Source: an uncultured Verrucomicrobiota bacterium
GTDB lineage: Bacteria > Verrucomicrobiota > Verrucomicrobiia > JABWAM01
NCBI GenBank assembly: GCA_964653025.1
Contig: CAZZBZ010000006.1
Coordinates: 6,292 to 70,291 of the forward strand
Direction of reading: 5' to 3'
DNA: 64,000 nt
The notes under the pieces were generated by a model that searched no databases, was not told where the DNA came from, and saw only the letters and a program-made list of their open reading frames with translations. Positions within the stretch are counted from its first letter, which is position 1; each line of letters opens with the position of its first letter. Positions 58,685 through 64,000 of the stretch are shown here, in pieces. The position numbers and the translations under genes were made by a program.

Positions 58685-60867
58685 GGAGGGAGGATGTGGG
58701 GGGGCGGTGCGGGAGGCGAGGCTTGGGGGGAGCTTACCGCAGAAGGGGCGTTGGTGGAAATGATGGTTTGCGGGGGCGCGTTGCTGACCGTGACCGAGAG
58801 GACATTGCCCGACACGCGAACAACGATTCCCGATGGGATGATCGCGAGCGTGGCGACGTTCGATGAGATGACGGCCACCGGAAGGGAGACCGTGGCGGAG
58901 GGCGGGTTCGTCGCGGGGAGTGGCGGGGGGAGAGGGAGAACGGTCCTGCGGGTCGCCATGAGGCGACCCTGTTGCCCGTTCAGTTCGCCGAGTTCGCGTT
59001 CCATGGCCGTGATGCGGTCGCGGCTTTGCTGGGCACCGGGGTACTTCTGTTCGTGTTCCTCGCGGACGAGGTTGAGGCGGTAGCGGACCTGCTCGATGCG
59101 TTCCTGGATCTGTTCGAGCGTCAGCCCGCGGGAGGGAGCGGGGGTGGCAGTGCCGGGTTTTACGAAGGCGATTTCAGTGAGCGTCCAGACGGTGGAGCGA
59201 ATTTCGCCCTCGGGGCGGAAGGCGGGCTGCAGGCACTCCCCGACGGGAAGGAAGTCGAAGCGGGGGCCGAGGCGGGCCTTCCACGCGCGCGCGACCGCCT
59301 GGTTGCCGAACATCGCAACGCGTCGGCCAGCATCGAGGTGTTTGGCGATGAGGCTGCGCTGGATCTCGGCGAGTTCGGGTTCGCGCTTGCCCTCGAGCAT
59401 CTTCTTGATGGCGAGCGCCTTCTCGCGGTGAAAGGGATGGGGCTCGCCGTTTTCCAGCACCTTCGTCCAGCGCTGGATGGTGGCGCGGTCGAACATCCCC
59501 TGTCCATAAAGGGTGTGGTTACCCGCAAACTCGATGAACTGTAGAGACCCCTCGTCCGAGAGGATGACGGCGCTTTCGGGGAGTTTTCTACGGAGGAGGT
59601 CGGTGGCGTTGGCGGAGAAGGTGTTGCGTTCGAGCATGGGCATGAGGCGCTCGGTCGCGATGCCCTGGTTGACCCACGCGATGAAGAAGACGAGGAGCCC
59701 GGAGATGGCGACCCAGGCGGGGCGGAGGGGTTGTGCGTGGCAGAGCAATCCCATGCCGGCGATGATGAGCGGGGGGAAGATGCTCACGAAAAATCGGATA
59801 TAGGAGGGGCCCTCCCCGGCGGGAGCCCAGTAGTAGGCGGTGTAAAGGAGCAGCGTGGGCAGGATCCAGAGCGCGAGGAAGAGCCCCCGGCGGAACTCGT
59901 GGACGAGGTACCAGGCCATGCCAGCCAGCCCGAGCGGGAAGAGCAGGTAAAGCCCGGGAAAGTCCATCCGCGCCAGCATCAGCGGCCAGTTCTTCAAGAA
60001 CCATTTCTGGCTGAAACCCGTGGCCTCGCCGCACAGCGCATACCCTGTCTTGAGCGGTCCTCCGAAGGCGACGGTGTGTTGCCAGAGCAGCGGGGCGAAG
60101 GAGAGGAGGGCGGCGACCAGGATCAGCACGAGGTCTCGTACAAAGGGAAACAACACCCTCGATGGCGGGTTCTCGCCGCGGTCCCGCCAGAGGCGGATGA
60201 GGCGCGTGGCGACGATCGCGGCCGCCGGTAACGCGAGGAGGGCTTCCGTATAACGGGCACTGACAGCCCAGGCCATGGCCGCCGCGCCGAGCATCCCGCG
60301 CCACCCACCCCCCTTCTCGCCCCATTGCCAGAAAAAATACATCCCCCAGAGCGAGAAGAACGTGGAGGAGGGGTGACTCAGCGCCGAGACGCTGAAATAG
60401 GCATGCATCGGGTTGGTGGCCAGGAGGATTGCGGCGAAGGCGCCGGCGAGGTCGCCCGCGATCGCGCGGCCAAGGAGAAAGATGCCGATGACTGCGAGGG
60501 CGGAGAGAAGTGGGTTCACCCAGAAAGCCGCCGAGGGGCCGCCGAGACGCCATGCGACCGCGCAAAGGGATGGATAGCCGATCGGATACTTCGCGGCGTA
60601 GAGGTTGCGTTTCGCGTCCACGAGCACCCAGTTGCCGCTGATAAACTCATACGGGTCGGAGGACTGCTTCCGAACGTCCCCGGTCGTTGCGAGGCGTTTT
60701 GCGGTGACGAGGTAACCGTTCTCGTCGGTTCCCCCGAAGGAGGGTACGTAGTAGGCGCCCACCATCGCCACGAAAAGGGCGGCGGCTGCGATAGCGGCGA
60801 GAGCCGAGGAGAGTCTGCGGACCATCCCTCGAATGTGAGGCCGGACGGAGGGACGCATCAACCCCAA
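58681..60867 (-). CDS. GT-C family membrane glycosyltransferase (ArnT/PMT-like) with a C-terminal soluble/coiled-coil extension
   Basis: The N-terminal motif [21 protein letters not shown] has the DE.GY signature of GT39/GT83. There are about 11 TM helices. The C-terminal region of roughly 250 aa has a coiled-coil and a Pro/Ser/Thr-rich tail. Confidence 0.75.
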   Translation of the reverse strand: MGLMRPSVRPHIRGMVRRLSSALAAIAAAALFVAMVGAYYVPSFGGTDENGYLVTAKRLATTGDVRKQSSDPYEFISGNWVLVDAKRNLYAAKYPIGYPSLCAVAWRLGGPSAAFWVNPLLSALAVIGIFLLGRAIAGDLAGAFAAILLATNPMHAYFSVSALSHPSSTFFSLWGMYFFWQWGEKGGGWRGMLGAAAMAWAVSARYTEALLALPAAAIVATRLIRLWRDRGENPPSRVLFPFVRDLVLILVAALLSFAPLLWQHTVAFGGPLKTGYALCGEATGFSQKWFLKNWPLMLARMDFPGLYLLFPLGLAGMAWYLVHEFRRGLFLALWILPTLLLYTAYYWAPAGEGPSYIRFFVSIFPPLIIAGMGLLCHAQPLRPAWVAISGLLVFFIAWVNQGIATERLMPMLERNTFSANATDLLRRKLPESAVILSDEGSLQFIEFAGNHTLYGQGMFDRATIQRWTKVLENGEPHPFHREKALAIKKMLEGKREPELAEIQRSLIAKHLDAGRRVAMFGNQAVARAWKARLGPRFDFLPVGECLQPAFRPEGEIRSTVWTLTEIAFVKPGTATPAPSRGLTLEQIQERIEQVRYRLNLVREEHEQKYPGAQQSRDRITAMERELGELNGQQGRLMATRRTVLPLPPPLPATNPPSATVSLPVAVISSNVATLAIIPSGIVVRVSGNVLSVTVSNAPPQTIISTNAPSAVSSPQASPPAPPPHILPP

Positions 60868-60938
60868 ACCCGGAGGGTTCGGTTGCCATGCGCCCCTGTC
60901 TCGGGAATGTCGCCTCCGTCCTTGTCCATCCCGTAGCG

Positions 60939-61811
60939 ATGGGCTACTCTAAAAACTACCCGATGGCCAAACCGCGCGTATCGCAGGTCGAGCATGAGCG
61001 TCTGCTCCAGACGGTGCAGATGTTCGAGGAGGTTGCCCGCACTCAGCCGGGCGATATCCAGTCACTCGAAATTCTCAAGGAGGCCTACCTCAACCTTGGC
61101 CGCGACGACGAGTCGGTGACCACTTCCAAGAAGATCGCTCGCGCCTACCTTTCCGCCGGCCAACTCTCCTCCGCCATTCTCGAATACGAGGGCGTCATCC
61201 AGCGCTATCCGGACGACGCCGAGTGCCGGGCCGCCCTCCATGAGCTCGAGCAGAGCATGGCCGCCGTGGGGACCGCCGGCACCGACCAATCCACCGCCGG
61301 TGCCGCAGAAGCCGCAGAGCAGGTTCTCGCGGAGGCCGAGCAGTTCGAGGACGGTAACGAGGCCCTCCTCCGCTTCTTCCAGGAAAACGGCCTTGTCAGC
61401 GAGAAGGACGGCGTCACCGTTCTCGCCGCCATCAGTGCCGCCGCCAACGAGGCCCCGCCAGACAGGCCTGCCCCCTCGCTTCTCGCCATGCTCGCTGAAC
61501 GCGGCATCGCCTCCATGGAAAAAAGTCTTGGCCTCATCGTTGAGAAAACGCGCCTCCCCTTCCTGCCGCTGGCCATCTGTGAGGCCGATAGCGGGCGCGC
61601 CAATCTTCTCGAACGCGGGTTCTGCCTCCGCCACCTCGTGCTTCCCTTCGACCAGGTCAGCCGCACCCTCCTCGTGGCCACCGTCAATCCCTTCGATGCC
61701 CGTGCCAAGCACCATGTTGAGGCCGCTGCGGGGACGCGTGTCCAGTGGTACGTCACCTCGCCCGAGGACATGACCTCCCAGCTCAAGAACGTCTTCCGTA
61801 TCGTCGGCTAG
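60939..61811 (+). CDS. Protein with a GspE/PilB N-terminal (T2SSE_N) domain. The start could be 60888 or 60963.
   Basis: The C-terminal roughly 100 aa (LPFLPLAICEADSGRANLLERGFCLRHLVLPFDQVSRTLLVATVNPFDARAKHHVEAAAGTRVQWYVTSPEDM) match the GspE N-terminal fold. The N-terminal half is TPR-like and helical. Confidence 0.6.
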   Translation: MGYSKNYPMAKPRVSQVEHERLLQTVQMFEEVARTQPGDIQSLEILKEAYLNLGRDDESVTTSKKIARAYLSAGQLSSAILEYEGVIQRYPDDAECRAALHELEQSMAAVGTAGTDQSTAGAAEAAEQVLAEAEQFEDGNEALLRFFQENGLVSEKDGVTVLAAISAAANEAPPDRPAPSLLAMLAERGIASMEKSLGLIVEKTRLPFLPLAICEADSGRANLLERGFCLRHLVLPFDQVSRTLLVATVNPFDARAKHHVEAAAGTRVQWYVTSPEDMTSQLKNVFRIVG

Positions 61812-61821
61812 CACCCCTTCC

Positions 61822-63522
61822 ATGAAGCCCTTTGGAGAGAGAATTGCAGACGCCCTCATCGAGGACGGTGTGCTCCAGCCCACCCAACTTGAGGAGGCCA
61901 TGTCCCAGCATAAGACTCAGGGAGGTCGCCTCCTCAAGATCCTCCTCGACCACCAGTATGTGACCGAGCAGGACATGATGGTCAGCATGGGGCGCACCCT
62001 CGGTGCCGCCCCCATCAACCTCGCGCGCGTCAAGATTCCTCCCGAGATTGCCGAGCTCGTCCCGCGCGACCTCGCCCGCAATCACCAACTCCTCCCCGTC
62101 GCCCGCCTCGGCAACCTTCTCTACGTGGCGATGGCCGACCCCCTCAACGTCCTCGCCCTCGATGACGTGAAGCAGATCACCCACCTCGAAGTGGTTCCCC
62201 TCATTGCCACCGAGCGCATGGTCGCCGACGCGATCTCCAACCTCGACGCCCAGGGCAGCCAGCAGATCGAAGAAATTATCCGCGACGAGAACATCGATAT
62301 CGAGATCTCCGAGGACAAGCCGATGGAGGAGGTGGACGTCACCGCCAACGACCCCGGCGCCGCCCCCGTCATCCGCATCGCGAACCTCATGTTCGCCTCC
62401 TGCGTCAAGGACAAGGCGAGCGATATCCACCTCGAGTGCTACGAGAAGATTCTCAAACTTCGCTACCGCGTGGACGGCGTGCTCTTCGATTACCCCGCGC
62501 CCCCGAAGTCCATGCAGGGCGCCATCATCTCACGCCTCAAAATCATGGCGCATCTCGATATCTCCGAGAGGCGTCTTCCGCAGGACGGACGGATCCGCAT
62601 CAAGATGGCGGGACGCGACATCGATTTTCGCATGTCCTTTCTCCCCACCAAGTACGGGGAGAAAGTGGTGGGCCGAATCCTCGATAAGTCTGCTCTCGGC
62701 GGCACGGTCGCCGACCTTGGTCTCGACCCCCAGTCGCTCAAAATCTTCATGGGGGCCCTCGACGAGCCACAGGGGATGATCCTCGTCACCGGCCCCACCG
62801 GTTCCGGGAAGACGCGCACCCTTTACACCGCGCTCGCCGAGATCAACAAGCCCCAGTACAACATCGTCACCGTCGAGGACCCGATCGAGTACGAGCTTGC
62901 CGGGGTGAACCAGGTTCAGGTGAAGCCCGACATCGGATTCACCTTTGCCGCGGCCCTGCGCTCCATTCTCCGCCAGGATCCCGATATCGTGATGATCGGG
63001 GAAATGCGCGACCAGGAGACCGCCCACATCGGCGTGGAGGCCGCCCTTACCGGCCACCAGGTGCTCAGTACCCTCCACACCAACGATGCGGCCGGCGCGA
63101 TCACCCGCCTCACCGACATGGATATCGAGCCGTTTCTCACGGCATCGAGCCTTTCCCTCACCTGCGCCCAGCGCCTCATGCGCCGCATCTGCACCAACTG
63201 CAAGGAACCCCAAAAAGTTCCCGAAAAGCTTTGGGAGCAGCTCCACCTCGACCCCAAGAAGGAAGCCGAGTTCACCTACTACAAGGGGCGCGGCTGCGAC
63301 CGCTGCAAGAACAAGGGCTACGCCGGCCGATGCGCCATCCTCGAGATGATCCCCGCCACCGAGCCGATTCGGAAGCTCATCATCGAGCGCGCCACCGCCT
63401 CCGAGATCAAGCAGACCGCCCTCCAGGAGGGGATGCTGACCCTGCGCATGACCGGCCTCCTCAAGGCTCGAGAGGGAATCTCCACGCTCGAGGAGGTCCT
63501 CGGCGTCACCACCACCGACTGA
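61822..63522 (+). CDS. pilB: Type IV pilus assembly / type II secretion ATPase (PilB/GspE family)
   Basis: The Walker A motif is GPTGSGKT. The Asp box and His box are present. The C-terminal tetracysteine motif is CTNC...CDRCKNKGYAGR. Two N-terminal T2SSE_N domains are present. Confidence 0.9.
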   Translation: MKPFGERIADALIEDGVLQPTQLEEAMSQHKTQGGRLLKILLDHQYVTEQDMMVSMGRTLGAAPINLARVKIPPEIAELVPRDLARNHQLLPVARLGNLLYVAMADPLNVLALDDVKQITHLEVVPLIATERMVADAISNLDAQGSQQIEEIIRDENIDIEISEDKPMEEVDVTANDPGAAPVIRIANLMFASCVKDKASDIHLECYEKILKLRYRVDGVLFDYPAPPKSMQGAIISRLKIMAHLDISERRLPQDGRIRIKMAGRDIDFRMSFLPTKYGEKVVGRILDKSALGGTVADLGLDPQSLKIFMGALDEPQGMILVTGPTGSGKTRTLYTALAEINKPQYNIVTVEDPIEYELAGVNQVQVKPDIGFTFAAALRSILRQDPDIVMIGEMRDQETAHIGVEAALTGHQVLSTLHTNDAAGAITRLTDMDIEPFLTASSLSLTCAQRLMRRICTNCKEPQKVPEKLWEQLHLDPKKEAEFTYYKGRGCDRCKNKGYAGRCAILEMIPATEPIRKLIIERATASEIKQTALQEGMLTLRMTGLLKAREGISTLEEVLGVTTTD

Positions 63523-63586
63523 GCCCGCCCTCGCTCGTGGGTGATCGCCCGTGGCTCTGGTTTTCGGTCGGCCGCTGCGACGAGAA

Positions 63587-63752
63587 GCCACGGATGAAAC
63601 ACGGATGGACACGGATCACCAATGCGCCGATTCCGCCACACGGAATCGGTGCGACTTCCACCGGAGGATGGGAATAGCTCTGCGGCTGAGACATGTCAGG
63701 TCCGTGTAGCGGACCTGACATTATCTTCTGTAATCCGTGTTTCATCGGTGGC
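63587..63752. other. Structured intergenic region: a 20-bp long-range inverted repeat enclosing two internal hairpins
   Basis: The outer inverted repeat is GCCACGGATGAAACACGGAT (63587..63606) paired with ATCCGTGTTTCATCGGTGGC (63733..63752), 19 of 20 bp. The first internal hairpin is GCGCCGATTCCG-ccacac-GGAATCGGTGCG (about 63623..63652). The second internal hairpin is ATGTCAGGTCCG-tgtag-CGGACCTGACAT (63693..63721, a perfect 12-bp stem) followed by TATCTTCTGT. The motif CACGGAT occurs three times in direct orientation (63589..63620). Confidence 0.5.
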
Positions 63753-63838
63753 TCTCTCTGCCCCTCGACCATGGCTCTCTTCTTTGCCTCCACTTTCGGG
63801 GTTGAGACACGCCCCGTTTCTGGCAGACTCGCCCCCCG

Positions 63839-64000
63839 ATGACTTCGCCACGGCTGCGCTTTCTTCCTTGGTTCGCTGCCTTCGCCCTCGCGATCGCTCC
63901 CGCGCCCGCCGAGGTGGTGGATGGCGTGGCCGCCGTGGTCAACGACGACATCATCACCTTCAGCGACGTGAAGGGGATGGTCGGCCAGACCGAGGATTCC
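63839..64000 (+). CDS. SurA-like periplasmic chaperone/PPIase, N-terminal fragment (runs off the window end)
   Basis: ATG 63839 gives MTSPRLRFLPWFAAFALAIAPAPAEVVDGVAAVVNDDIITFSDVKG. This is a signal peptide plus the SurA N-terminal signature (V)DRIVAVVND..IT.S. Confidence 0.55.
   Translation, partial: MTSPRLRFLPWFAAFALAIAPAPAEVVDGVAAVVNDDIITFSDVKGMVGQTEDS

Overview
This is a 64 kb, high-GC (about 66 %) chromosomal segment. Gene content points to a Verrucomicrobia (Opitutaceae-like) genome: an exosortase/PEP-CTERM system, three PEP-CTERM proteins, three prepilin-type 'H-X9-DG' (DUF1559) proteins, an SBBP-type beta-propeller, and several ArnT-like GT-C glycosyltransferases. I call about 55 CDS, one tRNA-Leu(TAG), no rRNA and no CRISPR array. 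The high GC content produces many long spurious antisense ORFs, which I rejected. Housekeeping blocks are a gap-pgk-tpiA-secG cluster, accB-accC, pfkA, cysS, fmt, miaA, thiH, and an SDR/CoA-transferase/thiolase operon. They are interleaved with cell-envelope accessory loci. The most notable signals are these. (i) An XrtA-EpsI fusion exosortase sits with a PrsT-like TPR protein and a lectin-like PEP-CTERM substrate. (ii) Two prepilin-like H-X9-DG loci carry simple-sequence repeats in their 5' coding regions: a C10 homopolymer, and a 4x GGTGAGC heptamer. Both are candidate phase-variation switches, and one is co-transcribed with a GT-C glycosyltransferase. (iii) A pair of inverted 4x heptamer arrays lies inside another GT-C gene. 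(iv) A recurring TTCA(A)CGG palindromic repeat element appears in two intergenic regions next to central-carbon operons. (v) A nested-hairpin structured region lies between pilB and a surA-like gene. Internal start positions are approximate to within a few nt, except where anchored to the ORF track.
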